A DNA stretch of 64,000 nucleotides from Trypanosoma brucei. Taxonomy: Eukaryota. Position 1 is the stretch's first letter, and each line of letters opens with the position of its first letter. A program made the position numbers and the translations under genes. The stretch is taken from contig CP000069.1 of NCBI GenBank assembly GCA_000002445.1, forward strand, positions 960,001 through 1,024,000, in the 5' to 3' direction. Positions 30,301-41,568 of the stretch are shown here, piece by piece. Below the pieces are notes generated by a model. The model was not told the origin of the DNA, did not search any database, and saw only the letters and a list, made by a program, of their open reading frames with translations.

Positions 30301-31883
30301 CCGACTGCAATTTGCGTCCGGCCATTGTGGCGTGAAACGGAATGAGGTTTGCGATGAAATGGCCAAAAAGGCCGCTGATTTACCACAGTTGCGAGACGCA
30401 TGGATCCCCGACATCATTGCTTATGCGAAGCGAGTGCTTAGGTCGGAAGAAGTCTATGAGAACACTCATAGGTTTGGTATCACGGGCAACCACTTTCCAA
30501 CAAAACATAAAGAAGAACTGACGGGGGAAGAAGAAACGGCACTGGCACGCTTTCGGGTTGGAGTCTTCAAGATACTATGGATGGATGTTGCGAAAGATCA
30601 ACCCGAGTGTGCCTCCACAGTGCCGATGGTGCAACCCGCAACATGCAGCAATAGGGCCAACAATACAAACAGTCCCAACTGTTGCGACACGCACTCTTCA
30701 GAGAACCTCCGAACCAACTAAATGTACGGAATGTGATGCCACATACCAATACCTGTCGAATGCTGTAACGCACATGGTAAACAAACATGGCTTTGTGCGA
30801 GCTGATGCCCTCCGGAGGATCAAATACGGCGATGCAACACCCGCAGTGGACATCCTCCCGGAGCCCTCTCCAGTGGTGGCGATCGTTCCTCTACCATCGA
30901 GCATACGAGTCCTGATGAGACCGCAGGTGCTTTACTGTACCCTCTGTGCCTCCAAATTCGCAGTGCCAGGCCGACTATTACACCATCTTAGAACAATACA
31001 TGGCATAGGCAGCGGTAGTTGCCGCGTGAAAAGGGGGCGAGAGAGCGAGGACTCAGTGCAAGGAGATGGTAGCGTCCCAGCAGCCCCAGCCCCTCAGGAA
31101 ACACGGAAGCTGCCGTTTCAATGTGACCTGTGCGAGGCGAGCTTCAGTACACGTTCTTCCCTGTCACTACACAAGAAATTCAAGCATAAGAGCATAGTGA
31201 CGGAGGACGGTACCGTGGTGTTGGTGCAATTCCCTCGTAAGCGTGCCCGTGAGGGAAACGTTGACGTCCCGGGGAAAGGCGAGGTGCAGTGTGGTGTGTG
31301 TCAAAAAGTGCTCAGTTGCAGGGACTCCCTCATCCGACACTGTAAGGCTTTCCACAAAGGTGAGGGAGTCGAGCTTAAATGCAGCAAAAGCACAAAATTG
31401 CGTGCCACTGATTCCCCGCATACAAATGCATCCATGTTGGTGCGCCCGACATGCGGAAGGCAGTGTGCTAGCAAAACTGGCCTCACCCTACATCAAAAGA
31501 AGATGCACGGTATGAAGGTAGAGCGCGCTGTTACCAGCCAACGCGGCGACTGCGAAGAAACGTCGCTGCACCTGATGAGCTGTCCCAGTTTGAAGGAGTT
31601 ACGTGTCAGGCTTGCAGTAGAAGGTGAGTGTGTGCAGGATATATGTTTTTCCAAAAGGCTGGCGCAATTTCTCATTGCGGTTGAACGGAGCCGGCCGCAG
31701 GTGAAGTCCTCCCCCAATGTAACAGTCATACAACCCACTCTCCCTTCTGCAACTTCCCAGCTTATTGCCGAGTGTGGAGCTAGCAGGAAAAGCACCGGAC
31801 GCTGGAATAGTCCAGACACCCTCAGAGACAGAGGGGGTATGCAGTTAACAAGCAACAGAAACAGAAAGAGGGAGAGAGAATAA
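27377..31883 (+). pseudogene. ingi polyprotein ORF (APE-RT-RNase H-ZnF) disrupted by multiple frameshifts
   Basis: The ORF track shows successive fragments 26600-27526, 27433-27855, 27908-29293, 29112-29915, 30173-30721 and 30558-31883 in different frames. Together they reconstitute one retrotransposon polyprotein. Confidence 0.75.
27392..27415 (+). other. 2A-like co-translational ribosome-skipping motif (D-V-E-E-N-P-G-P) at the N-terminus of the ingi ORF
   Basis: The codons gat gtg gaa gag aat ccc ggc ccg encode ...MLLSGDVEENPGPSLRGMQWNCAGL... The motif lies about 12 codons upstream of the APE domain start (QWNCAGL) and conforms to the canonical D(V/I)ExNPGP. Confidence 0.8.
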
Positions 31884-33611
31884 TAAACAAATAACAAAAT
31901 TCAAAACAAAAGGATTGCTAATTGACATTTTTGTGAGAGTCCGGGGTGGGAGGCTTCTCGCCCCGTCTGCTGTATTCCGTTCAACTGCGGAGCTACAACA
32001 AAACGTTATAGAGAGGGTGTGTTAGGATGAATAATAAAGGGAGACTCTGCCACAGTCGCCAGACCGATAGCATCTCAGGGCTCTACGGTGATGGCTGATG
32101 GCCGTGCCAGTGGGGGGAAACTCTCACGAAGGCACGAAAAAAAAAATTTTTAAAGTCTATAGGCAAACCTCTACCCTGATATGGCTAATGTTATCCGCTA
32201 AGAGATTTTGTTCGTGTCAGTATAAGCAGATGTCTCATGCCACAAGAGAATTTACGTATGGTTTTTGCTGCAAACAAACCAAATGATATACTTAAGTTTA
32301 CGTGTTTTCTTTCTTATAATTGAAATAGATGACATTATTTTGTCCATCTTTTTTTCCTTTTCTACTGACCAATCGCCTTCCGTATTTCTCATCCTGATGT
32401 CGAATATTATTCCTGTTTCCTCATTTTTTATTTCAGTAAACAGCAATTTTGCACAGCTATCACTCGACAAAAAATATGTTAATAATCTGAATAGTAATGA
32501 TTATATTATTATAAGAGAACACATTCATGTACGCCACTACTTCTCCCAGTAACAACGATAATCATACATAACATTGTATGTGCGTGTTCACGCGTTTCTC
32601 GTACATTATCATTTCTTTTGTTGTAATGTCCCTGTTTGAGTCATCTCAATTGCGAGTTATTATAACTCTGGTTGTCCCTCCACTATCTTTGTTTGGGGGT
32701 GGTGGGGTGTGTTAATGCTCTTTGCATGTGGAGTGGGGATAGAGGAATAGGGCCCTGCTTATGTGAAGAGTGTGTGAAGTAAGGATGATGAGAGTTACTT
32801 ATAAGGTGTGTAATTATTTTGCGTGTGGAAAATGGTCTAAATGAGGGTGCTGAGAGGGAAGGTCTCTAATTATTCTGGGACTGTTTTGTGTGCTAGCAAC
32901 TAACATAATATTCCATCATGCCAACGTATAATGAAAGGTTTCATTAATAAGCTTAATTTTCTGAGATGGTGTTTTGAAACCCCAATTGTTACCTTTACTA
33001 GTGTGTTGTTTAGGAAAATGGAACGCAAGAAGCTGTGTATACATATAGAGAGGGAAAGAAAGAGTATTTCCAGTACGCGTATGAAAGGAAGAGGATATGC
33101 TGAATAGGGCTCAGTAGCAGAGTTGTGTTCATTGGACAAGGGTAACACGTGCGTGCAAATTAGGCACGTGATGTGCCAGCGAATTAAGCTATTAAAGTAG
33201 CAACTGGAGCCAATGGAGGACTTGGAAAAATAGCATAACGTGAAGGTGCAAGTACTCATGAGGAGAATGGATAAGCTTGTTATTGATGGAAGGTGCAGCG
33301 CAGCTCAGTTGGAGGTGCGGTTACTTGGCATGATGGTTAGTGAAGTTTTTTTTTTTTGAATCAAGAAGTTAGGGAAAATGGGGTAACCAACAGGAAAACA
33401 CCTGTGAGGGAACTCAATGTTGATATACGGCTTGAGGGGAGGGTTCCATACAACTCTGTGTGCTTTGGGATGTGCTTCCTCTTTTGTTGAATGCTGCTGT
33501 AGTTGGTTTGTGTCAGGCACTTATTAATTTCGATATTTTTATGTGTCTGTTTGTTGTGTCTGTCAATAACAACAACAATTGTTATGACAAGCTTTAGTTT
33601 TCTCCTCCTTT

Positions 33612-35019
33612 TTGGCTGATGAACGTATAGGCAAAATCACGATGAGGCACGAAGCAGTGTTTGCCATTGGGATGCTTGCGGCTGTTTTATCTCCTTCCTC
33701 TCAGGGTGATTTGAATTCTTTCAAATGGAGGACTGAGATGTTTGACTGGAGCCAGTTTGCGGATGATGTGGATGAAAAAGAAAGGCACCACAACTTTGGA
33801 GAGTTCGAGACACTGCAAGATTTACAGAATTACGCAGGCAGAGGCCCCACAGCCTTCCTTCAAGAATCGTGAAAAGGAAGGAGAGATTCTGAAGAATTTG
33901 GAGGAAATGGTCAGTGAGGCAGAAGCTGTTGGTGGCAATAAGGGCTCGAACAATTCATCTAACAGCACGACAGCATATCAGGAGATGAAGAAACTATTTG
34001 AGAAGGCGAAAAAGCTTAAGGAGCAGATAGAGGTGAATAGGACAAAAGCCTTGAATGCAAGTCGCTCTGCTGAAGAAAATATGTTGAAAGCTGTGTATGG
34101 CGATGCTGTGGATGTGGCAAGAAACGAGAATAAAACTCTGGAGGAAGCCATGAGAGGAAACAAATCACTGCTGTTCAATAGTGTCTACAATGCAGACACG
34201 AGCTGCGGTTCTTTTGGAGACAAGTTAGTCGGAAAGACTCTAATTAATGACTTTTTCTGCCTATGTGTGGGAGAGGCTGTTGATTTAATTAAGAAGTTCG
34301 AAAAGCCAAATAATCATGTATATAAATTAGATGTTCCCGATAGCGATGATAACAATATATATAATGGGTTAAATTGTCCTTGTAAGGATGAAATAAGGAG
34401 ACCTAAAAATGGTAGTTGGACTATGATGGCTGCACATTGTAAAGGTGACAGCAGCAAGTGCAACCCCGACAATATAAGATACAACCATACTGAGGCATGG
34501 GATGTGATTAGTAGAGCTTGCGTGTACAAGAATATTGCATCTAATGTGAAAACCCTAAAGAGTGCATTAGCTCAGTTTGATGCGTTAGTGAATTTGGAAC
34601 AGGGCGGACATCAGGTGAAAGGTATTCTTGGTTATGTGAAAACATTAAACAACGAAAATCGCACATGCACAGGTCACACTGCTGGGTTTACATGCGTCAG
34701 TTACAACTACACACTTAAAAATGGTGGAATTCCATGGTACAACCGCCTCACTAACGCCACCAAGGAACTACAAGAAATGGCGAAGTATGCCAAAGAGGCT
34801 GACAGCCATCTTCATGAGTTGGAAGAATTCCAACATGAGGCAGAGGAAATATTTCTTGAAGTGAAGCTAGGTGGTGATGCAGAGCTATGGAAGAGTAGCC
34901 GAGGTAGGGATGATGGTGAAAGTGGCAATGCTGAAGTAAATAATAATGGATTCAACTATATAGATATAACAACTGATATTTTTACATTAATGATTCTATA
35001 TCTTTTTTGTATATTTTAG
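33612..35019 (+). pseudogene. VSG-like / VSG-related surface glycoprotein pseudogene, split by a frameshift between the signal peptide and the body
   Basis: ORF 33612-33872 provides a signal peptide (MRHEAVFAIGMLAAVLSPSSQG). The frame-shifted ORF 33742-35019 encodes a K/E-rich helical N-terminal region and a Cys-patterned middle (CLCVGE, NCPCKDE, AAHCKGDSSKCNPD, RTCTGHTAGFTCVSY). It ends in a short hydrophobic tail (DIFTLMILYLFCIF) like a GPI-addition signal. The two ORFs overlap in different frames. Confidence 0.45.
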
Positions 35020-35249
35020 TTTATTGGTACGTTACCAACATTGTTGTGTAGTGTTTCGATTCTTTATTGTTTTTATTTGGATGCGTTCTTTCTTTTTTTT
35101 TCGAGCCTGACGGTATGTGAGTTTAAAATAATTGCATTTGAATTTTTTTTTCTTTCCTTTGAATGAATAATCAATGTGGTATCACTTTTTCTTTTGTTGG
35201 AATGTGTGTCTTGTCGTTTTTTTTGCTGTTATCAAGATAGCAGCATTTT

Positions 35250-37255
35250 TTTTTTTTGAAAGCTCGCTGTCGATGCTACGACATCTTATGGGAGCTGAAA
35301 CTTTATGTAACTTTTTTTTATTGTGTATCATGCTGCGTTGTCAGTGTACTATTAGCTTGTTACTATCTGTGTCGGATAAAGCTATATTTGTCTTGTTAAT
35401 GACTTTTATAGGTTGGGTCGGAACTAGTTGTAAAAGACAAGTAGGCGTTACTGAAATTTTAATTTTCAACCATTCGCTATGGCTGTAAAAGCGTACTTGC
35501 GAGTGAAAGGCTTCTGCCTCTTTTTTTTTTTTTTGAGCCAAACGTAGAAGAGCATAGTGGAGTTTACAATTTTCATTCAGAGGAGTGGGCAGCTTTTTGT
35601 GTAGTCTATTCTCCTTTATAGGGGTGTTCCTCTCGAATGAAGAAAGTACATGTTGGAAGAGAATGAGGGGTTTCTCAATTTCTAGGAGGAATTGTGCAAG
35701 GTTCTTGGTGAACACTATCTTCTGCATATTTTTGCCCTCAAGCCCGAAGTAACTGCGGAGCACTTTAGGCTTGAGCGCGCGAGTATGTGGGTGGGATTCT
35801 CTTCGCATTCGTTGGAGTGTGTATGTTTCCTTTCAACGCAGATTTCATGTTTTTGATGGCGATGTATAGATGAGCCTGATGTTGATTGGGACGTCTTATT
35901 TCGGTTTACGAACGTGAAGTGTAGATGAAACCCTCTGACGTTGAAGCTCCGGAGCGGTGGTGGAGATTCTTTTGCTACGGAGAAGGGATGCTGTCTATGC
36001 ATTCCCCCGAAGTGCTCCATCAGGCTGTCTTTTGATACATGCGTATGACGGCATTGCGTGCAACAGGTGTCATTTAGACCTATAGTTACCGTGTTCCAAA
36101 TGAGGGATACCTCTTGTTCTGTGATGGAACGGCTCCGTTTTGTACCAGCGTTACTATCCAGGGGATGGCCTCTGCGGTGTTGAATCTTGGTGCTTGGTGT
36201 TGTTCCCCCTTTTGATTGTGATACAAAGCTGCATTGCCTGCATTGTAGCGGCTCAGATGTGCCTACTGGGTCGTGCACTGGATGCCCTCTCGTTTCCGTC
36301 GCTCGGGAGCCCTTTGTTGGAATACTTGCATTCTCTTCGAGTTCCCATTGCCTTTTTATTCCTCGCGACCCCGTTTGCGGTTGTACTTCGCAGTATTTCA
36401 TCCCGTGACTTATCACTAGTCCAATTTACGTGTGAAATATATAGCTGCGAGGTCCATATATCGCTTCATTTTCTCCAGAGGTTGAACTGGTGGTGTTATC
36501 ACTTTGTTCATTGGTGTTGGGTTGATGCGGTCGGTTTTCACTTTGTGTGCCTATCCGTTTCTCCACCACTGGAATGATGTGCTAAAGCTGACCTCTGCTC
36601 TTTATTCCATGACGCATTGTCGAGTCTCTCTGCTCAATCAATTTGAACCCACAGATTCCTCACTGGAGTGTGTTTTTTATCATATTCAGTGTGGATTATG
36701 GTTCCGCCAGTGTGGGGTGGAAAGGGACTGCCGTTGGTCATGTAGTGTTTCTGTGGCCTGCGCAATGTTAGTACACCTGCGCTCTTGGATTGAAAAAGCC
36801 ACGTTCTGCGCAAACCCATTTGTGCTGTTTGATATTTTCATCTTCTTTCCGCTTCTCCGACATTTCATCGTCTAACTTTCTCGTTTTGCCGTGAAGGCAT
36901 CGAGTTTTGTGCCATGTGAGCCCTCCTTTGTTTCCATAGGATTTGTTACAGACACTGAGCACATACGACTTCGGTGGAGGGGGCAGGGGTTATAAGGTGA
37001 ACATTCCACATCACCGAACAGCAGCATCTTAGTGTGGATGATATACTGCTGATGGCACGCTGGCACGTGCCCAGCGAACGACAAATGAAAAACGGTGTCC
37101 CAGCAAGACGCTGCTGATCCCTGTGTTGTATGATGCCGAGGCCGGAGCACAGCAGAGTTCCCCATGAAAGGAACGCTGCTGGCTCTTGGTTTCCCCCGAT
37201 GATGCGGGGTACTGGACTCTGGCACCACGTGGAGGTGGCCGGCATCGCCAGAGGG
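35250..37255 (-). mobile_element. Old degenerate ingi-related element (DIRE) on the minus strand with a large internal deletion. Its 5' Pr77/2A end lies at 37255 and its 3' T-rich end near 35250.
   Basis: The minus-strand ORF 36872-37258 encodes HLHVVPESSTPHHRGKPRASSVPFMGNSAVLRPRHHTTQGSAASCWDTVFHLS...MLLFGDVE, about 88 percent identical to copy 1 residues upstream of its 2A motif. The reverse complement of 37241-37255 is the Pr77 start (ccctctggcgatgcc). The region 36885-37000 is a weak reverse-complement match to the APE start. Minus ORFs 35715-36416 and 35341-35808 keep ingi C-terminal features (PLQCRQCSF..., CTQCRHTHVSKDSLMEHFGGMH, NLAQFLLEIEKP against KRLAQFLIAVERSRP). Poly(T) runs sit at about 35090-35260. 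Confidence 0.5.
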
Positions 37256-37402
37256 CATCGCTGTATTCTCCCGATACCGATCACCATCACATATTTTTCG
37301 ACGTTATCGTTGGAGACGACACAGACTCACTGAGCTGCCCGCGGCTTTGAAAACCCATGCACGCATAGCTAAAAGCTGACTGGAGGAATTTCCGTCTCAA
37401 GG

Positions 37403-39775
37403 TTGACGAGTTCTGCAGAAAAATTGGTAGAGAAGAATGTCAACACCCTGGAACAGAAATTGAGCTCCGCCATCCGCATTGCGACGAAGGTCTCCGTTCC
37501 CCGTGGCTGCAGAGCAACGCCACCACATTGGACACCTGCGCTCGCGAAACTCGATGAAGAGATCGCTGGATACGGACCCTCTCACCGAAGGGAAAAGTTG
37601 GTAGCCACGCGTAAGCAGATCCTGGACCGCACCACAAAGAAGAGATGGAGCACGCTATGCTCCAGACTTGCGGTGTCAGACCGCTGCAGTTGGCACATTG
37701 TCAAGAAAGTATACGCGCCACGACCACTAACCACACCGGCTGTACTTGTTGATAACGCGGCCATCACGGACTACCGTCAAGCTGAGAGGTTCAGTAAACT
37801 GTACTCATCCCGCGCAAGAAGGCACCCCGACTCACACCCACCGGCACACATAAAGACGATAGCGAGTGAGTTTAGTCTCATCACGATAGCTGAACTACGG
37901 AGATCGATCAAACTGCTACCGAGTGGATCCATAGCCGGACCTGATTGCTTATACAACGAGGCACTGCAACATCTCGGTAGAGCAGCGCTGAATGTTGTGC
38001 TGAGGCTATTCAATGAGAGCCTACGAATGGGAGCCGTGCCGTCTGCATGGAAGACCGGTGTTATCATCCCCATCCTGAAGGCCAGAAAAAAGGAAGAGTA
38101 CCCCGAATCTTACAGGCCTGTGACGCTCACGAGCTGTCTCTGCAAAGTCATGGAGCGCATAATTGCCGCAAGGTTTAGAGACACTGTTGAGTCCCAGCTG
38201 ACGCCGCAGCAATCAGGCTTTCGCCCCGGATGCTCACCGCTCGAACAACTCCTGCACGTCTGCGCTGCCCTCTGCCGTCCCACGCACCAATATCGTACAG
38301 GTGCTGTATTCGTTGACTACGAGAAGGCATTTGACACAGTAGACCACGACAAAATTGCGGGGGAAATGCACAGAATGAAGGTATCACCCCACATTGTGAA
38401 GTGGTGCGTATCATTTCTGAGTAACCGAACTGGTAGAGTGAGATTCAAGGAGAAGCTTTCCAGAAGCAGAACATTTGAGCGAGGAGTGCCACAAGGAACT
38501 GTCCTTGGCCCAATCATGTTCATTATTGTCATGAACTCGTTGAGCCAACGCCTTGCAGAAGTGCCGTTGCTGCAGCACGGATTCTTTGCAGACGACCTGA
38601 CGCTACTTGCGAGACACACAGAGAGGGATGTCATCAACCAGACGCTACAATGCGGCCTAAACGTGGTGTTACAGTGGTCAAAAGAGTACTTCATGTCTAT
38701 CAATGTAGCGAAAACAAAGTTCACACTCTTCGGGTGTATAGGGCGCCACCCCCTTACATTGCAACTGGACGGCGAAAGGATAGGAGCTGACAGGACACCG
38801 AAGCTTTTAGGAGTAACATTCCAGTGTCTGCAAGGGATGGCAACACATGCGACCGAAACGAGACGCAAGATGGACTTCCGACTACTGCAGATAACAGTCA
38901 TCTCAGCTTCTATATGGGGGCCAATACGACAAGTGCTGAGAGCTTTTTATCTAGCACTCGTACAGGCACGCACCATGTGTGGCATTGAGGTATGGTACTG
39001 GGACGCTTCGGAACGAAGTCGCGACCTCCTTGCAGCAGCACAACACAAAGCCAGTCGAATCATAGCTGGCATACCGCATGGGACGCGCAAAGAGGACTCT
39101 CTGCTGGAAGCAAACCTCCTGCCACTCAAGACGACCACTCTTGTGCGCAGCATGAAATTCATGCTGATGTGTGAGTCACGAGGCGGATGTTTGCGGCGCA
39201 GTGCTGAGGAAGTATACCACAGCAAACATCCAGTCAGAGCCCTACATTCCCGCATCATGCGGTCCTACCCCCACCTCCGCATTGAGCCACGCGAGCACCC
39301 ACTAGAGACATCGACGCTCCGCCACAGCTGCCGACCGATATTTCACACGCAGATAAAGCCTGTGTGCGCTGATGACCCTGACGATGTCAAAAGGGAGGCT
39401 CCCGAAAAGTGGATTGAACGGCATTTTGCACGGAGGGGGAAGGAGCCACCGCGACGAGAGCACTACGAATTGTGGACTGATGGATCCGTGCCCCTCGGTG
39501 AGAAGTCCGGATCAACTGCCCTGCTCTATAGAAACAACACGCTGATTTGTGCACCCAAGACCGGAGCAGGGGAACTCTCATGCAGTTACAGAGCGGAATG
39601 CGTAACATTAGAGATAGGACTGCAACGGCTGCTGAAATGGCTTCCGGCATACAGAAGCACATCGAGCAGGTTGTCCATCTTCTCTGACTCGCTGTCAATG
39701 TTAACAGCACTGCAGACAGGCCCCCTAGCCGTAACGGACCCAATTCTGAGACGACTATGGAGGCTTCTGCTTTAA
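37403..39775 (+). pseudogene. ingi copy 2 RT-RNase H ORF (790 aa), terminated by a premature stop shared with copy 3
   Basis: RT motifs (FFADD) and RNase H (ELWTDGSVPLGEKSGSTALLY). The ORF ends ...RRLWRLLL at a TAA where copy 1 has CAA (Q). Confidence 0.8.
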
Positions 39776-40055
39776 GTTCAGAGAAGGAAGGTGCGTATCC
39801 GACTGCAATTTGCGTCCGGCCATTGTGGCGTGAAACGGAATGAGGTTTTCGATGAAATGGCCAAAAAGGCCGCTGATTTACCACAGTTGCGAGACGCATG
39901 GATCCCCGACATCATTGCTTATGCGAAGCGAGTGCTTAGGTCGGAAGAAGTCCATGAGAACACTCATAGGTTTGGTATCACCTGCAACCACTTTCCAACA
40001 AAACATAAAGAAGAACTGACGAGGGAAGAGGAAACGGCACTGGCACGCTTTCGGG

Positions 40056-41519
40056 TTGGAGTCTTCAAGATACTATGGATGGATGTTGCGAAAGATCAAC
40101 CCGAGTGTGCCTCCACAGTGCCGATGGTGCAACCCGCAACATGCAGCAATAGGGCCAACAATACAAACAGTCCCAACTGTTGCGACACGCACTCTTCAGA
40201 GAACCTCCGAACCAACCAAATGTACGGAATGTGATGCCACATACCAATACCTGTCGAATGCTGTAACGCACATGGTAAACAAACATGGCTTTGTGCGAGC
40301 TGATGCCCTCCGGAGGATCAAATACGGCGATGCAACACCCGCAGTGGACATCCTCCCGGAGACCCCTCCAGTGGTGGCGATCGTTTCTTTACCATCGAGC
40401 ATACGAGTCCTGATGAGACCGCAGGTGCTTTACTGTACCCTCTGTGCCTCCAAATTCGCAGTGCCAGGCCGACTATTACACCATCTTAGAACAATACATG
40501 GCATAGGCAGCGGTAGTTGCCGCGTGAAAAGGGGGCGAGAGAGCGAGGACTCAGTGCAAGGAGATGGTAGCGTCCCAGCAGCCCCAGCCCCTCAGGAAAC
40601 ACGGAAGCTGCCGTTTCAATGTGACCTGTGCGAGGCGAGCTTCAGTACACGTTCTTCCCTGTCACTACACAAGAAATTCAAGCATAAGAGCATAGTGACG
40701 GAGGACGGTACCGTGGTGGTGTTGCAATTCCCTCGTAAGCGTGCTCGTGAGGGAAACGTTGACGTGCCGGGGAAAGGCGAGGTGCAGTGTGGTGTGTGTC
40801 CAAAAGTGCTCAGTTGCAGTGACTCCCTCATCCGACACTGTAAGGCTTTCCACAAAGGTGAGGGAGTCGAGCTTAAATGCAGCAAAAGCACAAAATTGCG
40901 TGCCACTGATTCCCCGCATACAAATGCATCCATGTTGGTGCGCCCGACATGCGGAAGGCAGTGTGCTAGCAAAACTGGCCTCACCCTACATCAAAAGAAG
41001 ATGCACGGTATGAAGGTAGAGCGCGCTGTTACCAGCCAACGCGGCGACTGCGAAGAAACGTCGCTGCACCTGATGAGCTGTCCCGGTTTGAAGGAGTTAC
41101 GTGTCAGGTTTGCGGTAGAAGGTGAGTGTGTGCAGGATATATGTTTTTCCAAAAGGCTGGCGCAATTTCTCATTGCGGTTGAACGGAGCCGGCCGCAGGT
41201 GAAGTCCTCACCTAATGTAACAGTCATACAACCCACTCTCCCTTCTGCAACTTCCCAGCTTATTGCTGAGAGTGGAGCTAGCAGGAAAAGCACCGGACGC
41301 AGGAATAGTCCAGACACCCTCAGAGAGGGGGTATGCAGTCAACAAGCAACAGAAACAGAAAGAGGGGGAGAGAATAATAAACAAAGAACAAAATTCAAAA
41401 CAAAAGGATTGCTAATTGACATTTTTGTGAGAGTCCGGGGTGGGAGGCTTCTCGCCCCATCTGCTGTATTCCGTTTAACTGCGGAACTACAACAAAACGT
41501 TATAGAGAGGGTGTGTTAG
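40056..41519 (+). pseudogene. ingi copy 2 C-terminal C2H2 zinc-finger ORF (487 aa)
   Basis: Multiple C2H2 fingers (CTECDATYQYLSNAVTHMVNKHGF, CTLCASKFAVPGRLLHHLRTIHG, CDLCEASFSTRSSLSLHKKFKHK, CGVCPKVLSCSDSLIRHCKAFH). It is frameshifted relative to the upstream ORF. Confidence 0.75.
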
Positions 41520-41568
41520 GATGAATAATAAAGGGAGACTCTGCCACAGTCGCCAGACCGATAGCATC

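Larger units (their letters stand above)
27151..32146 (+). mobile_element. Full-length but degenerate ingi-type non-LTR retrotransposon (copy 1), ordered 5' Pr77-like leader, 2A motif, AP endonuclease, RT, RNase H, C2H2 zinc fingers, poly(A)
   Basis: It begins ccctgacgatgccagccacctcaacgtggtgtcagagtccagtaccccg, a Pr77-like 5' end, and ends in an A10 run at 32137-32146. APE motifs are present (QWNCAGL, GADANAHALVWD, DTDHHHIFFDV). The RT carries FFADD, RNase H carries ELWTDGSVPLGEKSGSTALLY, and C2H2 fingers follow (CTECDATYQYLSNAVTHMVNKHGF and others). The coding capacity is broken across frames 2, 1, 2, 0, 2, 0. Confidence 0.8.

Noticed and set aside
32147-32200. Downstream of the copy 1 poly(A), ctctaccctgatatggctaatg resembles internal ingi sequence cccacccctgatatgacgctatc (27697-27720). 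This could be a target-site or TSD signature.
   Set aside because: Only about 13 bp of similarity, in the same orientation. No matching 12-bp duplicate was found at the 5' flank. It is likely chance, or an insertion-site preference I cannot verify from memory.
37003-37255. Interpretation of the inverted Pr77/2A segment as a classic twin-priming 5' inversion belonging to copy 2
   Set aside because: The inverted segment continues, in degenerate form, past 37003 into APE-like sequence (about 36885-37000) and onward to ZnF-like ORFs and a T-rich end near 35250. It is therefore better explained as the 5' end of a separate older minus-strand element lying head-to-head with copy 2. Twin priming cannot be fully excluded.
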